NCBI GenBank assembly: GCA_963740085.1
Contig: CAVUCU010000001.1
Location: forward strand, 160,001 to 224,000
Reading direction: 5' to 3'
Length of the DNA stretch: 64,000 bases
From: Nitrospirota bacterium
Lineage (GTDB): Bacteria; Nitrospirota; UBA9217
In this document: positions 32,972 through 43,774 of the stretch, piece after piece
Numbering within the stretch: the stretch's first letter is position 1
How the letters are laid out: each line of letters opens with the position of its first letter
Program-made: the position numbers and the translations under genes
Notes under the pieces: generated by a model
What the model was told of the DNA's origin: nothing
Databases searched by the model: none
What the model saw: only the letters and a program-made list of their open reading frames with translations

Positions 32972-33646
32972 TCATTTTAGCACATACGCTATCGGCACTT
33001 CAATCCATCCCTGTACTGAAGGCATGGGAGCAGCGCTGTATACAGCCCGGATAGAAGCGCTGTCCAGTATTTCGTAGCCGGAGCTTTTCACTACTTCAAC
33101 CGCGTCTACATTGCCTGCCGAATTAAGCCTGAACCTCAGCCGCACTTCACCTTCGATCCCCCGCTCTCGCGCGAGCCGGGGATAGTTCTTGGTACGCTCA
33201 ATGGCGGCCTGGATCGCCGTCCATTGCTGCGGCGCTATAGATCCTTTACCCGCGTTTTCGCCCTCACCCGCCCCTGCGGGGACGATCGTTTGCCCGTGAA
33301 CATCGGTGTCTGCATCACTGCCACTACTGTCTGATGCAGCAGTGGGAGAATAATCCGGGACTGTTTGGGCTGCGCTCAGATCTGCGGGAGGCTCAAGAGG
33401 GGCTGTTTGCTTTGGTTCAGACATCACACTGACAGTCTGAGGAGTGACTGCTCGTGGTCTCATGCCGTGCCGCTGGATCGTCCCTGCACCTCCCCGGGGA
33501 CCGGGGTCCCCGGGTATGAGTGACACGAGAATAGTACGCGGATAGGACGAGGAGTACCCTTGCCCGTAGTGGGCCACCGCGATCGCACTGCTGAAGATCA
33601 GCAGGTGAGCCGCGATAGAAAGATATAGTGAGCGTCGGAACGTCAT
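32972..33646 (-). CDS. tonB: Energy transducer TonB
   Basis: N-terminal TM with [16 protein letters not shown]...SSGY.ILD. Confidence 0.88.
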   Translation of the reverse strand: MTFRRSLYLSIAAHLLIFSSAIAVAHYGQGYSSSYPRTILVSLIPGDPGPRGGAGTIQRHGMRPRAVTPQTVSVMSEPKQTAPLEPPADLSAAQTVPDYSPTAASDSSGSDADTDVHGQTIVPAGAGEGENAGKGSIAPQQWTAIQAAIERTKNYPRLARERGIEGEVRLRFRLNSAGNVDAVEVVKSSGYEILDSASIRAVYSAAPMPSVQGWIEVPIAYVLK

Positions 33647-33756
33647 ACTAAAAGGAACCTTGTAGGCTTGAATTACTGGAAATAGAAATCAGGGAACCCC
33701 TTTCTCAATTTCATACTATCCAGTCTTCCAAGCCTCCCTTCCTCCAAAATTACAGA

Positions 33757-35613
33757 TTAGAACTGTGCGGTGAGCCCGCCATAGAGCTCTTGCGGCGGCA
33801 TGGGATAGCCGGCTATTGTTTCGTACTTCCGGTTAAACATATTTTTCATCCCGATAAAGACATCCAGTTTAAATCCCTTCTCAAAAGCGATTGTTTCGAT
33901 CATTTTTCCGTCAACAGTATAATAATCCCACTTTTCAGCGCCTGGCCGGACATAGTTTTTGACCCTTCGCCCATTAAGCGACAGGGTTGTCTGATTGTCC
34001 AGTGCCAGGCTTAAAGAACCCCCCAGTTCCATATCCGGGATGTGAGAGATATCCGAGAATATCCGATCTCCGGTCAACAAATCGACCGGGAACATTCGGG
34101 TGTAGTTGATCGACCCGGACAACAGCTTGGTAATAAGAAAATGCAATTCCGCCTCGGTCCCGGTAATTCGTGCCCTGCCGATATTCATGGGTGTGAAGGC
34201 AAATGGATTTAACGGATCGATGGGCTGCCAGACAATAAGATCGTTCACCCTTCGCTTGAAGGCGGTAAATTTTATATAATTACCGGTTCCGAACGGCTGT
34301 TCTATCCCGCCATCAAATTCCTCCGATGTTTCAGGCCGCAGGTCCAGGTTCCCATGGTCCCCGAATGGATCCTGGAAATACAGGTCATTTAAGGTAGGCG
34401 CCCTGAAACCCTTTCCGGTAGACGCCCTCAAAATGGTCCCGATTCCAGCCTGGAGATAACGGACACTCGCCCGGGGACTGAACTTATTGCCGAAAGAAGA
34501 ATTGTTGTCATTCCGTCCCCCCAAAACGACGATGACCGAGTCACCGAGGTTCAACTCTTCCTGGAGGTACGCTGACGAGATAGTTGCCGTATGAGTGCCT
34601 GCGGTATTGTTGACCAGGGAGTCCTCCCGCCCCTCAGTACCCGCCGTAAGCATCGAAAACGAGCTCATCAGCCAGTTTACCTGTATTTCTGTTCCGGACG
34701 TTACGCTCCGGTTCGTGTCGAACTCGAGAAAGTCTGGATTCTGATAACCGATATGTTCCTGATTTCGATAGACGCGCAAGCTGTAATCAAGCCCTTGGGA
34801 AAGTCGGGCCTTATATAGAAGACCGGAGATCGCATCGCGGGTCTGCTGGCGCGCGACCGGTGACGAGAAGTCCACAGAACCGGGCACACCGAGATCTTTT
34901 GTAATGTAATCGAATGTCCCTTCGATCGAAGAGCTCGTGTCCAGATCGTAGCCGATCTTGATCCCGGCGACCTTCTGATCAGAGTCACTGTTCGCACGGT
35001 AACCATGAGAACGTTCCTTGCTCAGCGATAAGGCATAGTACGTATTGTTCTCCCTGCCGGTATTATAGAGCGAGGCCGAAGTATAACCACTACGCCCCAT
35101 CGAGCCGCTCAGCGTCGTCAGGGGAGTTGCGGGCTTCTTGGTGATAATGTTTACCACACCGCCCATGGCATCGGAGCCATACAATGCAGAAGATGGACCG
35201 CGGACGATCTCAATGCGCTCGATAGCGGACATCGGGACCGGCAGCTCTGACAGGTCGTATCCACCCGCGCTTCCCGAATTCAACCGTTTGCCGTCCAGCA
35301 GCACCAATACCTGCTGGTACGTGGAACCCCGCAGTGTGACCGATTGAAGCGCTCCAACGGGTCCCTGCTCATTCACCATCACTCCGGCCTTGGTGCTGAT
35401 GACATCCGCGACATTCGTCGCGCCCGACTTCTGGATCTCGTCGGCAGAGATCACCGTGACCGACTGGGTCACATCCTGCGGTTGTTTTTCCGTCTTCGTG
35501 GCAGTGACCACCACTTCCTTTAATTGCACATTTTCGTCCGCCATAACAATTGAACCGGACGAAACGAATCCCAATACTGCCGAAATTAAAACTACGAAAC
35601 TTCTCCTGACCAT
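33757..35613 (-). CDS. btuB: TonB-dependent receptor, probably for vitamin B12 (BtuB-like)
   Basis: TonB box EVVVTAT, IERIEIVRGPSSALYGSDAMGGVVNIIT, C-terminal Phe; cobalamin riboswitch upstream. Confidence 0.85.
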   Translation of the reverse strand: MVRRSFVVLISAVLGFVSSGSIVMADENVQLKEVVVTATKTEKQPQDVTQSVTVISADEIQKSGATNVADVISTKAGVMVNEQGPVGALQSVTLRGSTYQQVLVLLDGKRLNSGSAGGYDLSELPVPMSAIERIEIVRGPSSALYGSDAMGGVVNIITKKPATPLTTLSGSMGRSGYTSASLYNTGRENNTYYALSLSKERSHGYRANSDSDQKVAGIKIGYDLDTSSSIEGTFDYITKDLGVPGSVDFSSPVARQQTRDAISGLLYKARLSQGLDYSLRVYRNQEHIGYQNPDFLEFDTNRSVTSGTEIQVNWLMSSFSMLTAGTEGREDSLVNNTAGTHTATISSAYLQEELNLGDSVIVVLGGRNDNNSSFGNKFSPRASVRYLQAGIGTILRASTGKGFRAPTLNDLYFQDPFGDHGNLDLRPETSEEFDGGIEQPFGTGNYIKFTAFKRRVNDLIVWQPIDPLNPFAFTPMNIGRARITGTEAELHFLITKLLSGSINYTRMFPVDLLTGDRIFSDISHIPDMELGGSLSLALDNQTTLSLNGRRVKNYVRPGAEKWDYYTVDGKMIETIAFEKGFKLDVFIGMKNMFNRKYETIAGYPMPPQELYGGLTAQF

Positions 35614-35640
35614 ATTCTTTCTCCTTTTTTCGAGGTTGTG

Positions 35641-35861
35641 GGAATGTGAGGTCTCCTGGCTTAGGACTCCCTACTCGCCGGCCTTCCCATCATGGGTTAG
35701 GTCCATGACAGTGGTTTTGAGAACCGCAGTTGTTCATGGGCGTCATTCGCTCCAAACTTCGAACTCCTGACTCCTCACGCCGCACGCTTCTCATCGGCTT
35801 TCGTTTCCATCACAGTTGCGGGACAGCTGGGGAATCGCACCCCCTTCCGCTGCATCATTCC
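35641..35861 (-). ncRNA. Cobalamin riboswitch (long variant)
   Basis: CGGAAGGGGGUGCGAUUCCCCAGCUGUCCCGCAACUGU...CCACUG...GGGAAGGC...AGCCAGGAGACCU with a closing P1 stem. Confidence 0.9.
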
Positions 35862-35914
35862 CGGGGAAAATACATACTGCTGTTCCTGGTACTCGACCAT
35901 CAGTCGCATTGATG

Positions 35915-36715
35915 TTAATTCCGTCCGCTCCTCCTTTCTGCGAAGTTACTGTCGTAGCTTATATAGGCGCCATGTGAAGCTGACCGTATCACCTCGACGT
36001 TCACGCCAAAGGCTTTTTTCAGCATGCTTTGCGACAGGACCTCATCGGGCCTGCCGGAGCCGATGAGGTTCCCGTCCTTGATCAGCATCACGTTCTCGAA
36101 CTGGAGAGCCATGTTGATGTCGTGAAGGGCCATGATCACGGCGATGTTCCGTGTCTCCCGCAGGTTCTTGAGAAGCTTCACCAGTTCTATCTGATATTTG
36201 ATATCGAGGTTCGCGAGCGGCTCGTCAAGCAGCAGGAGCCCCGCGCCCTGCACCAGCGTCATGCAGATGAAGGTCCTGCGCCGCTCGCCGCCGGAGAGGT
36301 CCGTGAGGCGCGCATTCGCCTTGTCTCTGAGGCCAACCATGTCCAGGGCCTCGTCAACGCTCAGGGCAGGCGGTATATCATAGGGATAGAGCCCCATGCT
36401 TACCAGTTCCTTGACCGTGAAGGGCACGCTGATATCGAGCGTCTGCGGCAGATAGCTGATCAGTTTTGCGCGGTCCCTGCTGTTCTGCGCAAGGAGGTCC
36501 TTGCCCCATAACCTGAGCAGGCCCGACGATGGCTTCAGGATGCCACAGGCAAGCTTCAGTATCGTGGACTTGCCCGAACCGTTCGCGCCCAAAAGCCCGA
36601 TGAAGCCGCCCTCCGGGATCGAGAACGAGAGATCATGAATGAATGAGCTGTCTTTTTCGTAGGAATAGCGGACACGCTCAAGCTCAAGGATAGGTGGTTT
36701 AGATGCTGAGGACAT
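35915..36715 (-). CDS. btuD: Cobalamin/iron-chelate ABC transporter ATPase
   Basis: GANGSGKST, LSGGERRR, LLLDEP.ANLD, LHDIN. Confidence 0.88.
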   Translation of the reverse strand: MSSASKPPILELERVRYSYEKDSSFIHDLSFSIPEGGFIGLLGANGSGKSTILKLACGILKPSSGLLRLWGKDLLAQNSRDRAKLISYLPQTLDISVPFTVKELVSMGLYPYDIPPALSVDEALDMVGLRDKANARLTDLSGGERRRTFICMTLVQGAGLLLLDEPLANLDIKYQIELVKLLKNLRETRNIAVIMALHDINMALQFENVMLIKDGNLIGSGRPDEVLSQSMLKKAFGVNVEVIRSASHGAYISYDSNFAERRSGRN

Positions 36716-37664
36716 TTTTTTTCCTCAAGAGATAAAGAAAATAGGGTGCACCGATGATCGCCGTGACCACCCCTGCGGGAAGCTCCATCGGCGGCAGTAC
36801 GGAGCGGCTGACCAGGTCGGCAATGCACAAAAGAGACCCGCCCCCGAGCGCTGATGCCGGGATCAGCATCCTGCTGTCCGACCCCATGAAGAACCGCATG
36901 ATATGCGGTATAAGCAGGCCGATGAAGCCGATCATCCCGCCAAGCGACACGGAAGCCGCGGTCAATAATCCGACCGAGACGAAGAGTATGAACCGTTCGC
37001 GCTGGGGAGAGAACCCGAGGCTATGGGCGAATTCATCTCCCAGGATGAGCGCGTTCAGGGCCTTGGCCCTCGTGGCGGACAAAACGATACCGACAACAAC
37101 AAAGGCAAGCCCATAGGGTATCCTGGACCACTCGGACATGGAAAGGTCGCCGAAGATCCAGAGCATGGCCCGACGCAGCCCCTCGTCGGTTGAGATGCTC
37201 ATCATCAGCATAAGAAGCGCCGAGAAGAGAAAGCTCAGGCCTACGCCCGCAAGCAGCAGCCGCTCGGGCCAGAGCCCTCCCCGCTTCCATCCCATCACGC
37301 CGACGATGCCGCCGGTGACCAGGGCCCCGACAAAAGCGAGTGCGGGCACGGTGAAGCTGCCGAGAAAGGACATTCCTCCGATGATGCCGAGTGCGGCGGT
37401 AAGCGACGCGCCGCTCGAGATACCGAGAATATAAGGATCGGCGAGCGGATTTCTCAGGATGCCCTGTAGCACCGCACCCGCAGCGCCCAGGGCCATACCC
37501 ATGAGCATCGCCACGAGAACGCGCGGCAGCCTGATCGAGAACAGGATCTCGCGCTCGATCGCGCTCAACGGACCCGGCGTGATGATCTGCGGCCCGAGAA
37601 ATAGCGCACAGGCGAAAATGAACAAAGCCACAAGAATTACTATGAATATCCTTATTTGAGACAT
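36699..37664 (-). CDS. btuC: Cobalamin/iron-chelate ABC permease (FecCD family)
   Basis: IRLPR, LRNPLADPYILGISSGA, IGFIGL.IPH. Confidence 0.9.
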   Translation of the reverse strand: MSQIRIFIVILVALFIFACALFLGPQIITPGPLSAIEREILFSIRLPRVLVAMLMGMALGAAGAVLQGILRNPLADPYILGISSGASLTAALGIIGGMSFLGSFTVPALAFVGALVTGGIVGVMGWKRGGLWPERLLLAGVGLSFLFSALLMLMMSISTDEGLRRAMLWIFGDLSMSEWSRIPYGLAFVVVGIVLSATRAKALNALILGDEFAHSLGFSPQRERFILFVSVGLLTAASVSLGGMIGFIGLLIPHIMRFFMGSDSRMLIPASALGGGSLLCIADLVSRSVLPPMELPAGVVTAIIGAPYFLYLLRKKNVLSI

Positions 37665-38494
37665 TCAGCCAATTCCTCAATACCCCTGACGACCCGGGGA
37701 GCGAGTCGGTATAAATTGTCGCTCACGTAACAGACCTTGTTATTCCTGACCGCGGGCACCAGGGAGAGTCTCTTCAAAAAGCCCTGCGAGACAGCCCTCA
37801 TGTCCATCCCAGTGGCCTTTCCGATGAACAGAACATCCGGCGCCCGCCGCAGGACCTCTTCGATCGAATACTTCGGATAAGCCGTCGCCGCGCCATGGGC
37901 GATGTTCTCGTAGCCAAGAAGCGCAATTGCATCATCCATGGCAGTACCGGGGCCTGCCACGATCAACGGTTCAGGCCAGACGATGAACAAGACTTTTTTT
38001 GAAGTCCTTGACCCTTGACCCTTGACGCCTGATTCGAATGTCTCGATCGCCCGTTGGATCCCGTCAGCAAGCTTCACCGCCTCTTTATGCACCTCAACCG
38101 CCGCGCCCAACTCCCTGATCCCCTGCGGAAGGTCCTTGAGCCTCCGTGCCGTAAACACGAAGGTCTTGATGTTGAGTGAACGAAGACGTTCAACGAATTC
38201 TTTCGGATTTCCATCAGTCGTGGCCACCACGAGATCAGGTTTAAGCGACACAACTGCCTCGAGCGATGGATTCGACATCCCGCCGATCTTGGGCTTTCTC
38301 TTTGCCTCCTCGGGATAATCGCAGAAGGTCGTGACGCCAACGATCCGATCGCCGAGCCCGAGCGCGAAAAGGATCTCCGTCGTGTTTGGCGCGAGCGAGA
38401 TGATGCGCTGCGGCGGAGCACCCGATCCGCCGGCAAAGACCGGGCGGGAGAGGCCTGCAAGGATTACAAGTATAATGATGAAATATCTCTTCAT
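37652..38494 (-). CDS. btuF: Cobalamin-binding periplasmic protein
   Basis: RIISLAPNTTEILFALG, CDYP; riboswitch upstream. Confidence 0.88.
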   Translation of the reverse strand: MKRYFIIILVILAGLSRPVFAGGSGAPPQRIISLAPNTTEILFALGLGDRIVGVTTFCDYPEEAKRKPKIGGMSNPSLEAVVSLKPDLVVATTDGNPKEFVERLRSLNIKTFVFTARRLKDLPQGIRELGAAVEVHKEAVKLADGIQRAIETFESGVKGQGSRTSKKVLFIVWPEPLIVAGPGTAMDDAIALLGYENIAHGAATAYPKYSIEEVLRRAPDVLFIGKATGMDMRAVSQGFLKRLSLVPAVRNNKVCYVSDNLYRLAPRVVRGIEELAECLK

Positions 38495-38530
38495 GCCTTC
38501 ATGGTAACCTCGTGCCTTCTGGTTAAGATG

Positions 38531-38567
38531 AAAAAAAATCCCCGGTCTTCTTTCAAGACCGGGGATT
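38531..38567 (-). terminator. Intrinsic terminator, probable expression platform of the upstream cobalamin riboswitch
   Basis: AAUCCCCGGUCUU...AAGACCGGGGAUU followed by a U run, between the riboswitch and the btuF start. Confidence 0.8.
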
Positions 38568-38618
38568 AATAAGTGATATTAACCCACACATTATCTTAAC
38601 GCCGAAGACTGTGCGAGG

Positions 38619-38779
38619 ACATCCAGACAGGTCTTCTGGCTCTCCCACCCTGTCCGCCTTCCCAGCCCGGATGGGCCAGTGGCATTTCAGACAGAGATAA
38701 AGGCCTCGCATTCAGCGAGGCCGGGATTACAGCGGCGGGTCCGCTCCCGATTTAAACGGGATTCCCTTCGCCTGGATGT
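38619..38779 (-). ncRNA. Cobalamin riboswitch
   Basis: AGGGAAUCCCGUUUAAAUCGGGAGCGGACCCGCCGCUGU...GCCACUG...GGGAAGGC...AGCCAGAAGACCUG. Confidence 0.92.
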
Positions 38780-38866
38780 GATCGTGCTCTATGTAGGTTG
38801 TCTTTATAACATATGAGGATGATAAAGTCAAAATTTTTTAAACCGGCTCATCGGACTTCCGTACCC

Positions 38867-39322
38867 TCACTTTCCCCCCACCTGCACCCATGTGGCGGAG
38901 GTGACCTTCCAGATATCGGATTCTTTCTTCATCTCTGCGACGAAGGCATAGACGCCGAGCGACTCAGGAATAAGGTCCGACGCGGAACCGGTTTTATTGC
39001 CTCCGGTCAGGACGGCCTGAAAAACCGCCTTGGCGAATGTGCCGGAAACAGATATCTCGAGGTCTGTGATATAAACGGATATCCTGGGGTGCTGGTAGAA
39101 ATAGCCGAGAAGAAGCCCTTTGAGCGAGTCGTAGTTGAACCCCTGCGGATCAAGGTATGTCTTCGACAGGCTGTTGATGATCTTCTTAATATCCTTCTCT
39201 TCAGCCGCCTTCTGAATGCCGGTGATGACCTTCTTGACCTTGTCCTGGTCGGTTTCTTTGTGACAACCGGAGTTTGTGATGCTCATGGCGATAAGAAGTA
39301 CTATCGAGACAGCAGTTCTCAT
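38867..39322 (-). CDS. Hypothetical lipoprotein, possibly NTF2-like fold
   Basis: Signal peptide with SGC lipobox-like site; alpha+beta pattern ending WKVTSATW. Confidence 0.6.
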   Translation of the reverse strand: MRTAVSIVLLIAMSITNSGCHKETDQDKVKKVITGIQKAAEEKDIKKIINSLSKTYLDPQGFNYDSLKGLLLGYFYQHPRISVYITDLEISVSGTFAKAVFQAVLTGGNKTGSASDLIPESLGVYAFVAEMKKESDIWKVTSATWVQVGGK

Positions 39323-39434
39323 GGGTTATTTACACGCTTTCTACTTACGGAACCAAGCTTAGCCGAGCCTGCCGGGTGAGGATTGTTGGCGAGTTATTTT
39401 CAAAATATAACTTCTCCCCTGCAGCCCCCTCACT

Positions 39435-39821
39435 TTAACCCGTTTTGTCCAGGCTCCATTTACCCCCGCCCCGCGAGGCAATGAAGAGAAAAACAAAGCA
39501 GTAGAGAACAGCCAACTCACCCTTGTTCACTGCTGGAAAGAACGCCGGTCCCATTTGGAACTTCCAGTGGAACTGAAAATAAGCCACGGCCATCTCGCCG
39601 CTGGCCAGGAACGCAGCCCAGCGGGTGCGAAAACCGACCATTACCAGCAGGCCGCACGTTAATTCAATAAGCCCGCCGAACCAGAGCTGAGACCCCACCG
39701 GAGGCATGAAATCGGAAAGCACTCCCAGGATCTTCTGGGCGCCGTGAAACGAAAACATGAATCCCGCCATGATACGCATCAAGGCGTAAGCGTAGTCTGA
39801 ATACTTTTCAAGCTGCTTCAT
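39435..39821 (-). CDS. DoxX family membrane protein
   Basis: RIMAGFMF.FHGAQK, G.RTR.AAFLASGEMAVAYF, G.GKWSLD. Confidence 0.9.
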   Translation of the reverse strand: MKQLEKYSDYAYALMRIMAGFMFSFHGAQKILGVLSDFMPPVGSQLWFGGLIELTCGLLVMVGFRTRWAAFLASGEMAVAYFQFHWKFQMGPAFFPAVNKGELAVLYCFVFLFIASRGGGKWSLDKTG

Positions 39822-40004
39822 GAGTGTACCCTCCTCCTAAGGAATTATACACTCTTTCTGTCAGATTGGCGAGTTATGGAGAACGACTGCTTTAGAGCCC
39901 CTTTGTACTTATGATCTTCAGATTAATACGCACGTTCAGCCTGTAAAGATCCGCTTTCCGCTCCGCGGGATTACGGGATAGACGAAAAAACGATATAACA
40001 GCCG

Positions 40005-40562
40005 TCACCTCGCCAGCGCATAACTCAGCAGCACATTCCCGTTGCCGAATTCCCGCGTCTTTGTCAGCTTCAGGGAGAAACGGTCTTTCACTCCTTCGAA
40101 CATGGTCTTACCCTTGCCGATAACAACCGGATTCAGCAGGATCTGGTATTCATCGATCAAACGCTCCTGCGCCAATTGCGAAACAATGCTGCCGCTTCCC
40201 AGCACGGTAAGGTCCTTTTCCGACTCCTGCTTCAAATTCCGGATTTCCGACAGCAGGTCGTTTTTCACCAGCCTCGTATTGTTCCAGTCGACCTTATTCA
40301 GAGTCCGGGAAAAGACGATCTTCTTCGCGCTATTCATGCCCCGGGCCACGATAGGATCGTTCTTGATCGCTTCCGGGGTCGGCCAGTAGCTGGCCATGAG
40401 CTCGTACGTAACGCGGCCGAACAGGAGTGTGTTTCCCGAATTTGAAGCTTCTTTTGCCAGTTCCTGAAACTCCTCATCCACGTTATGCCAGGAGATGTCG
40501 CCGCCCTGTCCCGCAAAGTATCCGTCCAACGTCATCAGGTTGAATACGGTCAGTTTTCTCAT
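40005..40562 (-). CDS. Dihydrofolate reductase-like (RibD C-terminal) protein
   Basis: MRKL....MTLDGY, LLFGRVTYE, GSGS, LIDEY...PVVIGKGK. Confidence 0.88.
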   Translation of the reverse strand: MRKLTVFNLMTLDGYFAGQGGDISWHNVDEEFQELAKEASNSGNTLLFGRVTYELMASYWPTPEAIKNDPIVARGMNSAKKIVFSRTLNKVDWNNTRLVKNDLLSEIRNLKQESEKDLTVLGSGSIVSQLAQERLIDEYQILLNPVVIGKGKTMFEGVKDRFSLKLTKTREFGNGNVLLSYALAR

Positions 40563-40697
40563 CGCAGCGTCCTTTCTCTCGAGTCGTGCCGTCATTCGAG
40601 CGCAAAAGAACCGGTCTTCAAACCGCCCCCGGACGGTAAACACTGATAATAACGCCACTCCTGGTGAAACTACACGTTGATGATATGAATGCTCTCC

Positions 40698-41675
40698 TCA
40701 TGCTGCCTTTCTTTCAATGTTAAGTTTCGCCAGCAGCTCTGCAAGACGGTCCATGGTCTCGAACACGCCTTCCTCCATCCCCGCCTTGATCATCTCGTCC
40801 CGGTCCTCAACCGTTTGGAACACGGATCTTTCCGTTACCTTTGTCCTGCCGTTGAGCCCTTCGAAGGTCGCCGTTTCAAGCGATACATGACCCGGCGTGC
40901 CTTCGAATTCAAAGGTGTCGACAATTCTCTGGGGCGAAAGGATCTCGTGATATACGCCGTGAAATGCGTACTTGTTGCCCGCGGCATCCTTCTGGACAAA
41001 TCGCCAGAGACCGCCCGGCCTCACGTCCATCTTGTCGATCACGGTCTTAAACCGCTTCGGCCCCCACCACTGCGGTATCAGGTTCGGGTCCGTGTATGCT
41101 TTGAACACGAGCTTTCGTGGCGCATCAAACACTCGCGTGATGATGAGCTCTTGTTTTCCCCGCTCTGCCATGATCCTGGTATGGTCTCTTGTCACAATGC
41201 TTTCGGCGAGTTTATCGAAGGATTCGCTCCAACCGGTCTGAGTCAAATCTCTCATCGGGCCCTCCGGGATGCCTTCATGCCGCAGAATCATTTTTGTCTT
41301 GCCGCCGATCTCTTCGAACGTCACCGTCACTTGTAACTCAAGCGGCCAGTCTCCGATCAGTCCGTAGTGCGACGCCGGTACCACGTTCCCCTTCTCATCT
41401 GCGAAACTATCGGTTACGACAATTCGCTCCATGTGAACGATCTCCCGATAAACGCCGGTGCTCCAATAGTCCTTACCGTCCGGACCACGCATACAATAGA
41501 GATACCTGCCGCCCACACGGAGGTCGTTTTTGATGACCGGCGCTGTGAATATTTTAGGTCCCCACCACTTCTTTAAACGCTCAGGTTCGGTCCATGCCTT
41601 CCATATGCGCTCCCGCGGTGCATCGAAGATCCGTGTGATTATTAATTCTTTTTTATTTTTTATTGCTGTTACCAT
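40698..41675 (-). CDS. Tandem SRPBCC/AHSA1-like domain protein
   Basis: Two repeats of ELIITR.FDAPR..V/IWKA.T.P....WWGP...D.RxGG. Confidence 0.88.
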   Translation of the reverse strand: MVTAIKNKKELIITRIFDAPRERIWKAWTEPERLKKWWGPKIFTAPVIKNDLRVGGRYLYCMRGPDGKDYWSTGVYREIVHMERIVVTDSFADEKGNVVPASHYGLIGDWPLELQVTVTFEEIGGKTKMILRHEGIPEGPMRDLTQTGWSESFDKLAESIVTRDHTRIMAERGKQELIITRVFDAPRKLVFKAYTDPNLIPQWWGPKRFKTVIDKMDVRPGGLWRFVQKDAAGNKYAFHGVYHEILSPQRIVDTFEFEGTPGHVSLETATFEGLNGRTKVTERSVFQTVEDRDEMIKAGMEEGVFETMDRLAELLAKLNIERKAA

Positions 41676-42161
41676 GATGCACCTCCTACTCTGTGGCACC
41701 ACCAGTTAAGTTGCGAGAGAGGCGCCTGGGGTCGGTCTTCACCTCTCGCGCTGCTTCCTGACCGATATCGAATGGTGCTCCCCGTGCTCTACTCATGGCC
41801 GAGCGTCATGCTGCTTTTTTGCATGTACAATGGGACGAACACCTCGTCGCAGAATGCCTCGAACGACGCCGTTGTGGCGTTTCCCATCGTGCGCGTTACG
41901 ATCTTTATCCGACCCTCATTAAAGGCCTAGCTCATCCCGGTGCATTGCCTGCTCATGCCAGGCGACAGCTAACACAATACGACACATAAAGGATGATTAT
42001 TATCCTTTATTTATAGGATAGCATCAGATTGCAACGGCGTCAACCCTCGCTATCCTGCTCTACGCTTTTTATTTGTCGAATTATTTTCAGTGCTACAATG
42101 AGAGTAAAAGCACTCGGAGAAAGTTTATAAGAGAAGGGCAGAGAGACCTTAACTCTCTACT

Positions 42162-42300
42162 CGAGGAACCGTCGTTTATTTCACCGCCGATGATATCGAC
42201 GAGACCTTGCGTAGGGGATAAGTGCGAATGGCGGTAAGACCCTGCTCTCGAAAAAAGAACATCGGAAAATACGGGGTCATAGCGCATTTTGAAGAGATTC
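42162..42300 (+). pseudogene. Remnant of a VOC/glyoxalase family gene
   Basis: Across two frameshifts reads RGTVVYFTADDIDETLRR..SANGGKTLLSKKNIGKYGVIAHFEE. Confidence 0.6.
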
Positions 42301-42395
42301 ACTTCTCCGCTTTTTTTGTTTTCGTTCTCCTCTCAAGACGAGGTGAACGATTCCGGGGAGGATAGGGCTCCATCCGGGACTTACTTCCAAAACAT

Positions 42396-43766
42396 CTAAT
42401 TTTTAATGTCCTTGAAAACCGCGGGGTCAAGGTTGTGTTTTTTCAGGAGTGTATAAAAATCTGCCCTGTATTTCCCAGCCATATTTGCCGCACTCGTAAC
42501 ATTTCCTTTCGTCAGCTCGAGAAGACGGACTAAATAGGCCTTCTCGAACGCGTCTCTGGACTGTTTCAGGGGTTTGATCGATTCCTCAGACTCGCGGTTT
42601 ATCGCCGGCAGAATGAGGTCCTCCGTTATCATGTCCTGTGTGGACATAGCGACGGCATACTCTATGGTATTCTCCAGTTCCCGAACATTTCCCGGCCATT
42701 CATGGAGCATCAACTTCTTTAGGGCAATAGGCGTCAAGCCTTTTATCTTTTTTTTCATCTGCTCGCTGAATTTTTTTATGAAGTGCTCCACCAGCAAGGG
42801 TATGTCCTCTCTCCGTTCCCTCAAGGGAGGCAATTCGATAGGAATAACATGGATCCGATAGTAAAGGTCTTCTCGAAACAAACCCAGCTTGACCTGATCC
42901 TCCAGATTTTTATTGGTCGCCACGATAATCCGCACATCGACTTCGAGCTGCTGCTGGCTGCCCACGGGATGGAATTGGCGTTCCTGCAGGACCCGAAGGA
43001 GTTTGGCCTGGATCGAGAGCGGCATGTCACCTATTTCATCAAGAAATATGGTCCCTTTGTGAGCCTGGGAAAAAAGGCCCTTTGAACTCTTGATAGCGCC
43101 GGTAAACGCCCCCTTTTCGTGGCCGAACAGCACGCTCTCAAGGAGTGTCTCGGGAAGGGCCGCACAGTTGACCGCTACAAAAGCCTTGTCCTTTCTCTCG
43201 CTTGCAAGATGGATGGCCTGAGCGATGGCCTCCTTGCCGGTGCCGCTGTCTCCATGAATGTAAACAGTAGACTCGGTGTTCGCTATCCGGGATACCGACT
43301 CCAACACCATCCGCATCTTTTCGCTTTTTGCTATGATGTTTTTAAAGTCATAGCGTTCGGACAGCAGCCCCCGTAGCCTGTTGATCTCCGTGGTAAGCTT
43401 TGCGTTCTCCAATGCCCGAGCTATTTGCAGGGCCAGTTCACGGGCGTCGAACGGCTTCGTAAGATAGGTGTACGCCCCCCGTTTTATCGCCTCAACGGCG
43501 CTCTCAATGCTCCCGTGGGCGGTGAGGATGATGACGGGCAGGTCGGGAATCGTAAGGCGAAGTTCCTCCATAAGAGATATCCCGTCCTGATGAACTAGCT
43601 GGAGGTCAACGACGGCAAGGTCAAATACATGACCGATCACGGACTGTTTTGCTTCCTCTTCGTCCTGGGCTGCCGTTACCTCATAGTCCAGGGACTCGAG
43701 CCTCATCTTGATCAATTCAAGGAGGTTACGGTCATCGTCTACGATCAGTAATTTTCCTGAAGGCAT
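42396..43766 (-). CDS. Sigma54-dependent response regulator (GlrR/QseF-like)
   Basis: REC, GDSGTGKE, LFGHEKGAFTGA, WPGNVREL, GlrR-like HTH (GNVT.AA.MAG.YR.DFY.LL). Confidence 0.9.
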   Translation of the reverse strand: MPSGKLLIVDDDRNLLELIKMRLESLDYEVTAAQDEEEAKQSVIGHVFDLAVVDLQLVHQDGISLMEELRLTIPDLPVIILTAHGSIESAVEAIKRGAYTYLTKPFDARELALQIARALENAKLTTEINRLRGLLSERYDFKNIIAKSEKMRMVLESVSRIANTESTVYIHGDSGTGKEAIAQAIHLASERKDKAFVAVNCAALPETLLESVLFGHEKGAFTGAIKSSKGLFSQAHKGTIFLDEIGDMPLSIQAKLLRVLQERQFHPVGSQQQLEVDVRIIVATNKNLEDQVKLGLFREDLYYRIHVIPIELPPLRERREDIPLLVEHFIKKFSEQMKKKIKGLTPIALKKLMLHEWPGNVRELENTIEYAVAMSTQDMITEDLILPAINRESEESIKPLKQSRDAFEKAYLVRLLELTKGNVTSAANMAGKYRADFYTLLKKHNLDPAVFKDIKN

Positions 43767-43774
43767 GCATGCAC

